Shown here: piece by piece, positions 43,793 through 58,800 of the stretch
Layout: every line of letters starts with the position of its first letter
Numbering within the stretch: the stretch's first letter is position 1
Origin: Eledone cirrhosa
Lineage: Eukaryota
Reading direction: 5' to 3'
Assembly: GCA_964016885.1 (NCBI GenBank)
Contig: OZ024754.1
Coordinates: forward strand, 40,238,001-40,302,000
DNA: 64,000 bases
Program-made: the position numbers and the translations under genes
Notes under the pieces: model-generated
Told to the model about the DNA's origin: nothing
The model's input: only the letters and a program-made list of their open reading frames with translations
Databases searched by the model: none

Positions 43793-46700
43793 GGGATAAG
43801 TTATTGTTATAGGTAATCCAGTTAGAGGTTGTGAATACTCTGTGTCGTGGATAGCTTTCATGTATGGCTTTGTTTGACTCAAGAGGTTTCCATAGTTAGG
43901 TAGCGAGTTCGCGACAATTCCTAAGCAGGTTATACTTGGAGTAATAATAGTGAAAGACTGAAGAATAACATGGTCAGCTATATATATATATATAGTTGAA
44001 AATGTTATTTTTTTTCTCAAAAGTTGCCTAACACTAATGTTATCAATGAAACAAACTGACCTTGGTTTTTCTTGGGTGCTCATTTGCCGTCTGATGTCAT
44101 CCATCCATAACATAAGATCTCTGACCATGTTAAAGAATCGATAAAGGTCACTGGCATCAGCAAGTCTCATTCGTCGGCTCTCAACCATTAATTGCAAGTT
44201 ACGCCAGGCATTAACCACATCGGACTCCCAATTCTGAATCTCACGAGCCTTCTCTCCGGCATATCCAATTTGAAGGCAAGCGGATTCCTCTTGAATTACA
44301 TGAACCTGTAAAAATAGTTGTTAAATGCAAATTAATGAGGGTGAAAAATACCTCAAATACCTAATCATACAATAAACGTGAATCACACCTGTTTTTAGAC
44401 ATATTCTGTTATATCATTGCAGGATGTTTACAGTTTAAAATGTCTGATTAAAATAATGAATTAGAACATGTCAAATTTATGAAGTACAACAATTATGGTT
44501 GAAAATAGTAAATTGAAAGCAAAACCAAAGACACTTACTTGATTTCCAAGAGTAACTAAATCATGTTCAAAGTTAGCATTCTTTCTTTGAAGAACGGCAA
44601 CACTTTGAGCATCTCTTCCAACTTCTTCAGGTATGTAGTTCTTCTTTTCCTGGAATTAGCAAAATGTTCAGAAATGGAATTAGATTTAAAAAAAAAAAAC
44701 ATTACAAATTGTCGAAAACAATGTTTTAAATAAGATGATGAATTTGTTAGAATACGATGAAATATATTGGATGGGTTTTAACTAAAACATTTTAGGATAC
44801 TATGAAATATATTGGATGGATTTTAACTAAAACCATTTAGCCAAACTTTAAATTTCCAAAATATTCTTACTGCATATAAGTTACAAATTGTGTAAATTGA
44901 AGGTAAATGTGAATGTACAGAAAATTGTAAACAAGATTCTGAAATGTGTAAATATAAAACATATTTAACCAAATTTAAGATGTTTATCACATTAAGTTAC
45001 TTCTGAACAATAACTATCATACTGTATATATTAGATTTAGATAGAATAGGCACACCATATTCCTGCATGAAAGGCAACTAAAAGGATTAGTGCCAGTAAG
45101 TGAACCCAGGTGGAAAATATGACCACGAAAAGGACCCCATGAGGCCTATTATGGAGTCACAAAGGATAACCTTTAGCAAGAAAAATTACGTTCAAACTCT
45201 TATTGGGTTTGTTGTTAATACCTTTCTAAACACTTCAGTAGAAAGCCTTTTAAACTTACTTGGATTCTCTCCAAAGTTTCTTTGCAATCATGATTGAACT
45301 TCCATAACTCCCATGAAGCTTGCAACATCTGTGTGCGGGTGTCTATTAACTCTAGCAAATCGGTCCAGGCTTCATTCAAATTATCTTTCCATTGAGCAAT
45401 AATTGGAGCGTCAGAGTGCTCAGCTACAATCAAACTATCACAGATTTCATTTGCAGAGGCCACACGATCTTGTCCAAAGCTTTCAGTGTCTCTAGCAAAT
45501 TCCTTAAATCTTTCCTTTAGAGTCTGGAAGAGATGGAAAAAATAAATACAAATTTAATTCAGTGAAAAAGAGAGAGAGGGAGACGGATTTTGTTTTAACC
45601 TTTTGTTACCATATTTCTAATGAAAATACTAAGATGTTGAATTATTTCTTGAAAATAACGAAGAAGGGATTTAATAATACATTTGATGTTTGGAACATAT
45701 ATGTTCTGACATAAAGTTATGATAGGTTTTTAGATAAATATAAACATTTTAAAAACAGTTTTGTATCAGAACCTCAGATGGTTTGGTATCAAAAGAGTTA
45801 AAGGACATTAAAATAAATATCTACTTCATATTTCAAATGAAAGACCAGTCAATTTTGTCCATATATTTATACGTACTGTTACAAAATAATGGACAACAGT
45901 TTAACAACAATAGGAACTAATCTCAGATGGTATTCATAATTGCTTTTTTTTAGGCCTATTACTTCCTACAAGAAGCCAACCTACTGAGGAAGGAATATAT
46001 TATCTGTCGGTTGTAATGTCATGCAGAAGGGTCTCCACTTTTCAAGTGACAAGAGGCATGATTTGAACTGAGAATGCACAGAGCTGGAACAGACACTGCA
46101 AAGAACTCCATTCAGCTCTTGAATAATTCTGCCACCCCTGGATGCTATATTATAACGACCTTGAAAGGATGAATGACAAAGTTGACCTCAGAAGTATTTC
46201 AACTGAGAGCAGAGAGAGCTAGAACAAATACCAAGTAATTTAATCTGATGCTTTATCAACTCTGCTAATTTATTGCCTAAAAATACAGTTAGGATTTTCA
46301 ATGAGATTAAAATACCAAACAAAACTTACAGTTACATGCTCATATTCTTGACCAAGTTCTTGAGATTTTGCCACAACTTCTCTTTCTGCAATCCATTGTA
46401 ATAAATCTTCAATTTCTCTACTTAACATATATAATTTCAGCACTTCTTCCAGTTTGCCACGACGTTCTTGAGCTAAGTCCTTCAGACCAGCATATAGTTT
46501 ATCTACTTGGGCTTGACGGACAGCAATTTGTTCGCTAAGAAAAATAGAAGTAAATAAAATAGAGATTAGAAACATTTAAAAATATCATTCAACATATTTA
46601 TGTTGCTTTTATATTAAGCTGGCAGATATATTACAAAAAAGACCCCTGCCTACCTCCCAGTCATGATTAACCATGGTTCTGCACCTGGGAAGTTCCTTAC

Positions 46701-49700
46701 TAAGGCAAGATCCTGGGCAAATGTTTTTAGAAGGCAATAGCAGTTGTCCAAGCATGCCAGTCACCCCTCTCAATGCCACCAATGTCTAAAGACATCAATG
46801 TCATCACAATTTAACCAACAGGCCAGCATAAGGGCACAACTGCCTGCTCCAGGAATTGAACTTATGACCTTACAATTGTAAACTTAACACTAACCATTAG
46901 GTTACACACATTAAATTACAATGAAATAACTGAGAAATTTACCTTTCTGGGTGCTCCTGTTCAATCAAATTCCTGCTTCTCTCGCCCAGCTGGCGGACCA
47001 CATCTGCATAGTCCTCAACAGCGGATTCGAGATTCTGGTGTTTCTTAAGCATGTTTTGTGCACCAATTTCATCCTTGGCCCGTTCCTCACCCATCATATA
47101 AAGTTCTTGTTCACTCATCCAAGATTCTGCCTCAGAAGTATCTTGATAGTACTGAAAATGAAAAGAAATCAAAAAACATTTGAAATGGCACATTTATTTA
47201 TTTCGTTATTAAAAAAAGAAAGATAATTTTTAAATGTTCTTACTAAATAGAAAAATACAAAAAAAAACAAAGTTAAACCAAGTAAAAGGTTATGAAATGT
47301 TTTTACAAACCTGCTGGGCAATATCTGAGAGATGTAAGCGAGCTTTTCTTGCTTCGACAGCATCTTTTAGAGTCTTCCACTTAGTGCTAAGGTCATCAAT
47401 ATGTTGCTGGAATTCATCAGCTTGTGGATGTTGTTCATTAACCAATTCTTGGCCAACAGCAATAACAGAATCAATACGGGGTTCATGGTTTTCGATTTCT
47501 GTTTGCAATGACTGAAATAATGAAATGAGAAAGATTTAAGGAAGAGAACTTCAGTAATTCTAAACTTAGTTTATACTATCTTGTTCTACCAAAGTTACAT
47601 AGATTGATTATAACCAGCTCAATATATAAGAGCTGTATAGTTCACATCAACATAGGTTTTGAGAGAGAGCCTCCTACAATGTCTCTCACTCAGCCAACAT
47701 ACAGCCTCACTCAGCCAAACACAGCCTCACTCAGCCAACACACAGCCTCACTCAGCCAACACACAGCCTCACTCAGCCAACACACAGCCTCACTCAGCCA
47801 ACACACAGCCTCACTCAGCCAACACACAGCCTCACACAGCCAACACACAGCCAAACACAGCCAACACACAGCCAAACACAGCCTCACTCAGCCAAACACA
47901 CAGCCTATGCTTTTAAAATGTAATTTAAAAACTAAACTTTTAATAAACAAGTTTAACAGAACCGATTCTATTTTTGATATTTAGCATATATACTTGAATA
48001 TAAGCCAACTCCCCAACCCCTAAACTTTATGTCTGAGAAATGGGCAAAAATCCTAACCCCATTTATAAGCCCAGGCAGCTAATCAACCCATTGTTTAGGT
48101 GGCATGTATAAGCCGAACCCATTTTACCATTGATTTCCTCGGCTTATATTCAAGTATATACAGTAATTAAGAAATCTATGTAAATGTGAAATACTTACGT
48201 GTGTCTTTTTCATGAGTAATTGAACACTGAGAAGGCTGTTACCATAGTTGCCAGAGGTTGCCAATGGCATCTTTTCTTCAACCCACATTTTCTCATCTTC
48301 AATATCACGCTGAAACTGATGGATACGTTTGACTCTCTCAAGTTGAGATCGTCTTACTAACAAAGGCGCCTGAATTTTCATGAACCTACAAGTCAAATAT
48401 TTATACATATTTAGAAATAGAAACTGAAATTAATTATTGAAACAATTATTTATAAACTGTGTTAATTTAATGATTACTAATTATGTAACTCAAAGTCCTA
48501 TACCATATGAAACCACAGTAGCAAGACATTCTTGAAAAATACAAAACAGTAGTACAACTGTATCACATTAGAATTTTCATAATTAAAGATACTACAAACA
48601 TCTAAATTAACAAACTCGTTTTTAGATATTTTCTGTTAAATAATCACAGGATGTTCGGAGTTAAACACATGTTGATAATTATAAAGTACTGATTAAGAAA
48701 ATTATATCTTACCGCTCAGCAACAGCAACTTTTCGAGCTTCGATTTCAGCCTCCTTATTAGGATCCATAGTTTTCAGCAGATTAGCTTGTTTATTAAGTT
48801 CAAACACTTGGCTCTCTTTACATTTCATCTGGCTTTCTAATTGCTGTTTATAGGAAATAGAGATTACAGATAAGAGAGAGAAAATGTAAGAGACAGGAAG
48901 GAGGAGAGGAGGAGGGAAAGAAAAGAGAATAGAGAGAGGGGGAGAGGGAGGAAAAGAGAAATACAATTAAGAATGAAAAACAAAATAAAAAAAAAAAAAG
49001 CTAATTTCCTTGGAATTTATAATTATTCACAGAACAGAACTTACATTTTGTCGCTGCATTTGAATGTTGACAGTTGTTAAGTCACGGCCGAATTCTTCAG
49101 TAACAACTTGGGACTCCAGCTGTTGAATCCAGCCATCAATGTCATCACAGCTCTGTTCATAGAGGACTGAACGGTTGGCATCAAACAACCGCTCACCCTT
49201 ATCCTTGGTCGTATTTTCCAGCTCATCCCATTGATTGCTGAGACCTTCAAGAACGGGACCAACCTGTTCAGCAGCTTCTGGTTTATCTTTCAATAAACCT
49301 TCACCAGCCTAAACAAAAGATTTTATTACATTTTATTACATTTTTCAAAAATTATAAATACTTCATGATTATTTTTCCCCCTAAAAACAAAACTACTAAA
49401 CTTAGTACATATTATTTTGTTTATAATGAGCCGTAAATAACTTTCTTTTATTCTTTTACTACTTTCAGTTAACAGACTGGTCATACTGGGACGCTGCCCT
49501 CGATCATATCAACCCCAGTATAGACTGTGGTCACACAGGGACGCTGCCCTCGATCATATCAACCCCAGTATAGACTGGTCACACAGGAACGCTGCCCTCG
49601 ATCATATCAGCCACAGTACTTGTTTTAGCAATCTCATTCAGTTGAACTGCTAAACTCTCAGACAAAGAATATAAATATACACACACACAAATACATGACA

Positions 49701-52700
49701 AGCTTCCACACAATTTTATTCCCAATATATTGATCAACCCGTGGCTATAAAAGATATTTGTGGTCAACTTGAGGCTGGAAGACACACAAGTAAGGCAGAA
49801 CTGAAAACCACATTCATGTATAACAAACTCTTTAACCACACAGACATGTCTAATAGAGCAAGAAAAAGAAAGAAAGAAAGATTTACCTCACGAAGTTTCA
49901 AAAGGCGGTCTTTATTTGCTGCTATTTCAGATTCAAATGCTTGATGTCTCATATACTTGCTATGCAGGTTTTTAGCATCACGGTAAGTCTCGTCTTGAGC
50001 AGCTGACATTTTATCTTGAAGCCAGTCTCTCAACTAACAAAATATAAATGTTAAGCGTTTATTAAATCCTCTCCATTGTGAATCATGAGTAATAATAAAA
50101 AAAAAAAAAAAAAAAAAAAAACCTTTCAACAAGAGGAAAGTTAATTAGTAAAACATAAAAGAACATTTACCTCTTCACAGTCTTGGAAGAATTGTTGTAA
50201 CATTCTCTGATCTTTAAGGCGTTCCAGTTGTTCATATGCTCGCTGCCTGTTAGCATTGCGCCTGGAAATGACAAAAGAATTTAATTAAATACCAGAAGAA
50301 TGTATATTATAATAACTGTATAACATTTAAGTCCATCTATCACATGGTCACATTAAACAAAATTTTTTTATTGAGAATTCATGCACCATGGTGATGTGGT
50401 GTTCTAAAACTTTCATTACCAAATTTTGATGTATCTCTGTATATGTGCATACATATATATATGTGTGTATATATATCATCCCTCTTACAATCTGAGGAGA
50501 TGGGCATAATTGGGCCTTGAAACCTTAGATAGCACTTTTGTTCGTGTATCAACATAAATAATATATACATATATACACACACACTCACATATATATATAT
50601 ATATATATATATAGGTTATTAGGTGGGTAACTTGTTACTAGCGGTGACGCTGGTCAAAGCACTCAATGCTGGTACTGTGTCCGTCTCACAGTCAGGTGTG
50701 CTCCAGGTTTAAGGTGCTGTAGTTTGCAGAGTATAAAAAGCAACAATAAAAATTGCAGCTTTTTGTAAACTTTATTACATATTACAATTTGTTTCCATGG
50801 GTGGTCCCATTAAAGCTGTTGACATATGTCCCAGTTTTATATACATGTTCACTGAACAAACACACACAATCCCTAATGTCCTCAGACAGTTAAAGACTAC
50901 AGAAGGAGGGGAGGGGCATTGATTTGCTGTAAAGGAGGGAGAAAAAGAACAGTACAAGTTGACATAACTGGAGAAGGTGACCTCTTGTAACTTGATACAT
51001 GTTTACCCACCTCATTGTTTACAGAATGTTGACCTATATTTGAGGGAGTGGGGTCAGGATGTGTAGAAAGTCTAAACTAAATACCAAAAACCATTTTGTC
51101 AGTCAATCCACTGCCTTCTCTTAACCCTACGACTGTTTCTACTTTTGGCACAAGGCCAGCAATTACTTCAGTACATTACTGGTATTTTATTTCATCAACC
51201 CCGTAAGGATGAAAGGCAAAGTTAACCTCGGTGGGATTTGAACTCAGATCAAAGGGCCGTAACTCTATGCTGCCAATTCACCAATGATTTCTAATTTGGG
51301 AACAAGACCAACAATTTGATTAGAAGGGAAAAGTTGATCAAATTGACCCCAGTGTATTACTGATACTTTATTTTATCAAATACCCATAAAGATGAAAGGC
51401 AAATCTAACCTCAGCGGGATCTGAACTCAGAAAGACCGCAATTAAATGATACAAAGCATTTTGCCCGATGCTCTACTGATTCTGCCAATCCACCGCCCTT
51501 CTTTAACCTTCTTAACCATATAATATTATTTTGTGAGTCTTAGTTTTACAAACATTTCATTTACCTTTCATTGATGTTTTCTGCCTTTTTGCTGATCTTA
51601 TCGGCAGCATGGTTGTTGTCTTCAATAAGTCTTTGTCCAAATTGCAAAACGTTGTTAATTTTCTCATCATTTGCATCCATTGTGGTGATAAATGCTTCAT
51701 GTTTTTTGATGATGTTTTCAGCAGCTTCCAACGAGTTCTGAAGGAAGAAAGTGTTTATATAAAAACTAAGAGAAAACAATTCAAACATTAGGAAGACTGA
51801 TGAGTAAAATATATTTTCCTGCTCTTTATTATCATTATTACTAACTAATTTTTCTACAACTACATTTATTATTATTATTAATTATAATAATTACAATATC
51901 AGTATATGTTTTATAGAACATCTGTAGCAAGAAATATTTAGAATATTTATAGTATACATAACATTAAAAATAGATTATACCTCTATGGAACAGTTTTAAT
52001 AACTAAGAGCTAATTACAGTGACATAAATTCTTTGGTAAATTTACTATTTTATTGTAACAAAATATCGAAATGGATTTAATATAAGGACCCAAATACAGA
52101 AAACATTTTAGGGAATGTTAATTTTTAAAAATCATCCAGGGTTTAAGGCAATAATTGGCAATGTTTAGAGCCAGAACAATGTCTGAACTAGCAATATTAA
52201 TTAATTAACTACCAGTGGAAGAAGAAGAAAATTGGCACTGTAGTAGTTTGACCCGCTTCAAGGTTTTAATCCTCTAAACAGATGTTGCCATTTTAAGTGA
52301 TGACAAGAATTTTAAATGAAACGCTATAGCTATATTGAACAAACAGGCTTTCTATATTCTTTCATTTGTAAACACCAATAACACCCTAGTTTTCACGAGT
52401 GGTAAGAATTGTATTTTCACTTATGGCCATATAAGGATATATTTACTTGCATGTTGAGGAATATCTAGGAATATATTCTTTCTGATATTATATGAAATGG
52501 GTCTAAGAACAAGTAATATAGAAATCAAATACAAAAATATGGAAATATATTTGATTTCTGAAAAGCTGCCAAAATGTAAATGAATTATAATCCAATAAAT
52601 CAGGTAAAATAACTCTGGGGAACTACAGGTGTCTCTAACTACCTTTCTCCATCTCTTGGAGAGTATTTTACTTGACAACTATTTATACTTTATCTACATT

Positions 52701-52882
52701 GTGGCAGCTTTTCAAAAAGTAAATATATTTTCATAATTTCTTCAAAGTTTCAAAAATGAACCACAGTAAAAATGTTTTAATAATGAAAACCATCAAACAT
52801 TAATAAAGCTGCCAGAAAGAAAGAACCCCAGCCCCTCCCATCATGCAACAGTCACTGTACTTCCTGACAGAATAAGTTACCA

Positions 52883-52919
<37 letters not shown>

Positions 52920-52934
52920 GTGTGTGTATATATG

Positions 52935-52985
<51 letters not shown>

Positions 52986-55340
52986 ATTGGTGCTCTGAAA
53001 TAGTGATGTATACATGAATGTATGTATAGTATATTTGGTATTTTTTTTTTTTTAAATTAAACACAGTATATTGCCAAATATACTATACATTACATTCATA
53101 TATATATATATATATATATATACCCTCACATACAAGTCTAACTATCAATCTATTTAAATATTAAAACTACTATTACAAGAACCACAGTTACTGTTACATG
53201 AAATACACAATATTTTATACAAAGAAATTTAATTTCCCTTTTAAGATACTAAATTAAAATGGTCAAAATTTACTCTTTTTAACAAGTTGCTTAATAAAAC
53301 ATTCCAAATTCATAGGTACCATTCCCTCTAAATCCATACGGAATGAAATGTTAAGGTGTTATATAATAAATAACTAAAAAACCTCAAGTAGAAGAGGGAA
53401 AGCATGATACCATAAAGTCACAGTTCTAGAGTCTCCTGTATTCAACTGATTTCTTATTTTAACCCTTTTGTTGCCAAACCCCATGAAATACATCACTAGA
53501 GTGTTTTAAATGGTGAAAATAACCCCAAATTTGGAGGATTTTAATAAAACAACATAAGCTGATATTTGGAACAGTTCTTATATAAAGTTATGATGTGAGG
53601 TTTTAATATCTGTATGGAAACTTCACAATGGGCTATTTTGTATCATATAACCAGAGGGAAGTAGTATAAAAAGGGTTAAATGAAGCATTAGCATCTCAAT
53701 AGAAGTTTAATTAAGACTGATATTTGTAGAGATTGGGCTAGCTGGCAGTCAGAGTTACAGCTTTATTTCTTCAAAAAAAACAGTATTGAAAAGGTTTCCT
53801 GGATTGTTTTTCTATAATTAAGAGATTTATATAAAGGAGGATCTTCAAATCCTAAGAAAAGCAACAGGAGGAAACACTGCTACTGAACAGATTGGGATAG
53901 AAAATTGAGTGACAAGTTCCCAGATCTCATTCGCTTACTGAATGGAGTGGAATTCATCAAATTGAACCAAGGAAACAATGTTTCCATTGGTCTTTCCATT
54001 GCTGATACCATCTACCGGTCACAACTCCTGGTAGAAAGAGCAACAAAATAAAGTGTCTTGTTGTTCAAGGAATCAAACTCAACCTCATGACTGCATATCC
54101 AATTATCTAACCACTAAGCCACACACACCACTAAACAGTATTATGTCTTACTTCAATATGTTATTAGGAATATAAAATGGTTCTAGTCATAACAGTAAAA
54201 ATATTTCCTTCAATTGGACAGCATAATTACCAAAATGGTTGGATTAGTTTGATAGAGAAAAGATATTTTAAAGTTAAAGAGTTGCAACTTCATCTAAAAA
54301 ATATATGACACCCATGAACAAACAATTCCATTCTCTCTCATGCATGAAATCTAGTTGAGAAATGATAACGACAATCTTTTTACAAAAAATTTCAAGAAAT
54401 TATTTACATGAGGCAAAACAAAGAAAACAAATATTGAAATATGTATTTTAAATGTATCACGTATATGCCTTTTCTTTCTCCTTTAATGGGATGATGAGAA
54501 GAACCTAAAAAATCATTTATGATATATGCAAGCAATTGTGAACCTCCCACTCCAGTTCAGAATAGCAAAAGAAAAAAAAAAGAAAAAAAAAAACGGAAAG
54601 GAAAAAAACAACAAAAAAACAAAAACAAATCCACACCCATCACACAGTACAATATGCTGGAAAGCACAACAACAAAGATCAATATAAAGTAAATAAAAAC
54701 AATATTGAGCTAACAAAGAACAGGTTCAAACACTTAATGAAAGGCACATAGAGAATACAACACACTGCAGAAATATATGTGCCAAGAGTAGAGAGAAGGA
54801 CAAACATGCCATATAAGAATGGCAGAATCCACTGAGAGAGATAGATAGAGAGATAGATAGAGAGAGACAGAGAGAGACTTGAAAACCAGAATTTAAAGAA
54901 AAGAAACAATTAAATGCATACAATTACACAAACTTTAGCTGTAACAATTATTGATAGTAATAAAATGAAAAAAAGAGATTTTGTCAGTGAAGAATGTTTT
55001 GTTTAGCAATTAATAGAGAAGTTGGCAGGACTGAATAAGATTCTACTTTGATCAGAGCAGAATATTTTAAAATAAACTATTAGGTTAGTAATACTTATAA
55101 GATTAGTGATCAAAGTTTAACAAGAGAAACTCAACAGAAAGAACCTTAACTACCACCAGTTATACATTTTTATCTATTTATATATATATACATATATATA
55201 AACATATACACATATATACATACATGTATAAACATATACACATATATACATACATGTATAAACATATATACATTCATACATGTATATACACATATATACA
55301 TAAAGTATATACACACATATAGTGTGTGTGTGTATGTATG

Positions 55341-55375
<35 letters not shown>

Positions 55376-55787
55376 AATATTTAGTTGAAAGAGTAACCAA
55401 AGCAATTAGAGAGAGAGGTAGAGAGAGAGGAGAGACTGAAGTAGAAAAAAACAAAATAATATAAAATATTTGGATCAGTTATGAGAAAAATTGAATTAAA
55501 AAAAAGTTAGAATCAATTTGTATCAACAGGTGAGGTTTTTTTTCAGATCCCCCAAAGAATTTAAAGTAATTTTTAATTTTATCTATCAATTTAGTTTCTT
55601 TCACCTAGCATAACATTAGATCAGGTGGAACAACCATTATGGCAAGGTGGGGACATGATACTAAACTTAATTTCATTAAAATATTGCCTAGATTAGGAGT
55701 TTCTAGTAATTTGTGGAACACTGATTATTAAAAAAAAGATAAAGTTTAAAGGAAAAACTGAAAATATAAACATTTTGTATACTTTCA

Positions 55788-55825
<38 letters not shown>

Positions 55826-58800
55826 GACTCTTTTCTGTGTCAAATCTATAATTAGTTAATTATTCAATCTTCATACCATTTAGTGACATATATGATCCAA
55901 AAACGAAATAATGTTAATGATATGAGTAATAGATGAAATATAAAACAAAAAACCCAATGAAAGAATGGTATTAAGTTATAATTCCAACAACACACCAACT
56001 CACACTATATGGCAAAATGCTGAGGAACATGAAAATGAGTGAATCAAAGTTAGAACAACACTTCAAGAACGAAGTACTGAAGTAGAATGGTTTTAGAAAC
56101 GATGTAAATAAAATAAATTAATAGTATTTTGTCTAGATTTTAGCAAAATTGCATAGTTATCTGAATATGTCGAAGACAGTATACTCAATATGTATAAGAA
56201 AAATCTGAAAGAAATAGAAGAGGAAAAATAGGAGAACTGTGAGAAAATATCAACACAGTATATAATATATATATATATAGTATATAATATATATATAAAC
56301 TAAAGGAAAAAAAAAAAAAAAAATAAAGAAAAACTTAGAACAACAAAAACAATGAACATTTGACATCTCAACAATGACAACATGTTATTGATCCATTCCA
56401 AGTGTGGTGCCATTGCTTTTACCACTAACTAGAGACATTGGAAAATATTTTAAACAAGTGCTTTGTGAAATTTGTATATAATGAAAATTGCTGCTTGGAA
56501 TTCACATTTAAATATATGAATATATTACTGAAATAACATTAGTCTAGGCTTCTTGTTGTCCCAATTTAAAAGAATTGTAAAAACCATTTAAAGAGAGGCG
56601 TACACACAGGTACATTAATATTTAAAAAAATAAGAAAAAAAAATTTAATTATACAAGATGAAAAACTAATTGAATTTTAGATTTGTAAATCTTTTAGTTT
56701 TTTTTTTTTCCATTTACTGGAAAGGGGGCTTATTTAATTAGCCAATTTATATTCTATGGTGTTTATTGATTACAGTAAAAACTAAATTGCTGTATTTTTG
56801 AATGATTAACACAAAATATTTAAATTTAAAGAAGTTCAAGATATAAAGCAGCATAATCTAATTTTAAAATCATTTTTCTGAAGAGACAAAAACCAAAATA
56901 ATTAGCTTCTTTAATTTCTAGAGAGCTACAGGTATGTATTAATATTTTTTAAACTTTACATGCCAAATTTGGAATTCTAGTTTTATGGTATATTGACAGA
57001 TATTTTACCTGAACATTTTGTAATTAAAATTAAACTGATAATTTCCATAAAATTATAAAATATTTCATTTTCTATAGAAGGAAAAACAATGGCAGGCCAA
57101 CTGAATGGTATCCTGTGGCACCAAGCTAAGTTAGCATGCTATCTACATCCATTAACACAGCAGCAGTAGACACCAAGTTACCTGCTTGTCAAGTCCAATG
57201 GCACTCTGTGTAACAAAAGACACTAGTTATACACTGACTTATTGCAGAAAGAGCAAATAAAGTGACAGCACCAAGTAGGACTTACTAAACAAGCATTAAA
57301 AAACAGTTTAAAATCTTAAGTATATCATACTGGCTATCAGAAGTTTAAAACAACATATTTCTAATTACATTACTCTCTTGTAAGGTTCAGATGTTTTAAA
57401 GTGGATTTAAGATTCGTAAATTCGAATCACAGCTCCAACTATGAAACAAAACATTTAAAAATATTACAAAATATATGTATATATCTTAAAACATATCCTA
57501 CGAATTAGACAAAAGGTTAAAAAAAAAAAATCTTGTTATACATAGGGACATGGTAAAAAAAATAAATTAACATTTTATCCTATAATATTAACAATTAACA
57601 GATTTAGGTATTTATTTTTAACTGTTCTGTGTATTGAGAACACCACCAGTGTACCATTTTGGCAAATAGATGGACACATACACACATATATAAAGGAAAT
57701 GGTATGTACTGACAGTCAAACCTTTGCTAGAAGGGAAAGCAGATATTAAACAATGTCACAGTAAAAAACATGAAACATTCTGTGAGGCAAGCTGTAATAT
57801 ATCCAGGACTATTTCACACAGCAATAGAACAGCCAGTAATTTCATTAAATGAATTGGTTTATATTCCCTAAATTATAAAACAGTGAGAATATATACAGCC
57901 ATAATAAACCCTTCAGCTTGATTTGAACAGTACATACAATATTTAAATACTAAAAATTTTGTTTAAATGAAAATAATAATAACAGTGATTTCTAACATTG
58001 GCACAAGGCCACAAACTTCCATTGGCCAGAGTGTGTAGAGAGATGTCACTAAATACCACAAGGCATTTTGTCCAGCGCTCTACCAATTCCACCATCTACC
58101 AGCTTCAATAAGATAAAAAAAGAAAAAAAAAAAAGACCCATTAATAATTGTTTCTACTATTGGCACAAGGCCAGCAATTACCCAGTACATTACTGGTACT
58201 TTATTTTATCGACCCCGTAAGGATGAAAGGCAAAGTTAACCTTGGCGGGATTTGAACTCAGAATGGCAAGGGCCGTAACTCTATGCGTCAAAGCATGGCG
58301 TCCGATCCTCTACCGATACTGCCAATCCACCGCCCATTAATAATGCCTAAGGATGTGTAAGAGAAAATTATTTAAACCTAATCAGTTTTAGCCAGTGTGA
58401 AAATAAAGTAAGATATATAAAACAAAACAAAAATATATAGTAAATTGTCATAGGTTTTTTTTTTTAGACATTAAAAACCAAACTAAACAATTGTAAGTGC
58501 AATTTTCAATTAAAATAATACTACTACACTCCAGTCCAACTGATTGATATTCAACAGCAGTAGGGCACAGTAAACTAAACAAATATAATAATTAAAACAC
58601 AGAAAATTACTTAAAAAATTTCTCAGCATGGAATTTTCATTAACTTTTGTCAGTAAGATGGAAATGGCACAATCAGTTTAATACGTGCACACATTTCAAT
58701 TGGTGTTCTTGAAGGTATTATTATAACATTTACTGCTTTTAGCTTAGGTTGTAAACAATAGGATATTACAGAGAGAATAGGACAAGTTATATAACTCATA

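Noticed and set aside
54679-54923. Hydrophobic ORF after a (CT)n acceptor, as a transmembrane terminal exon of spectrin
   Set aside because: The hydrophobicity follows from T-rich composition and the acceptor is a microsatellite; there is no independent support.
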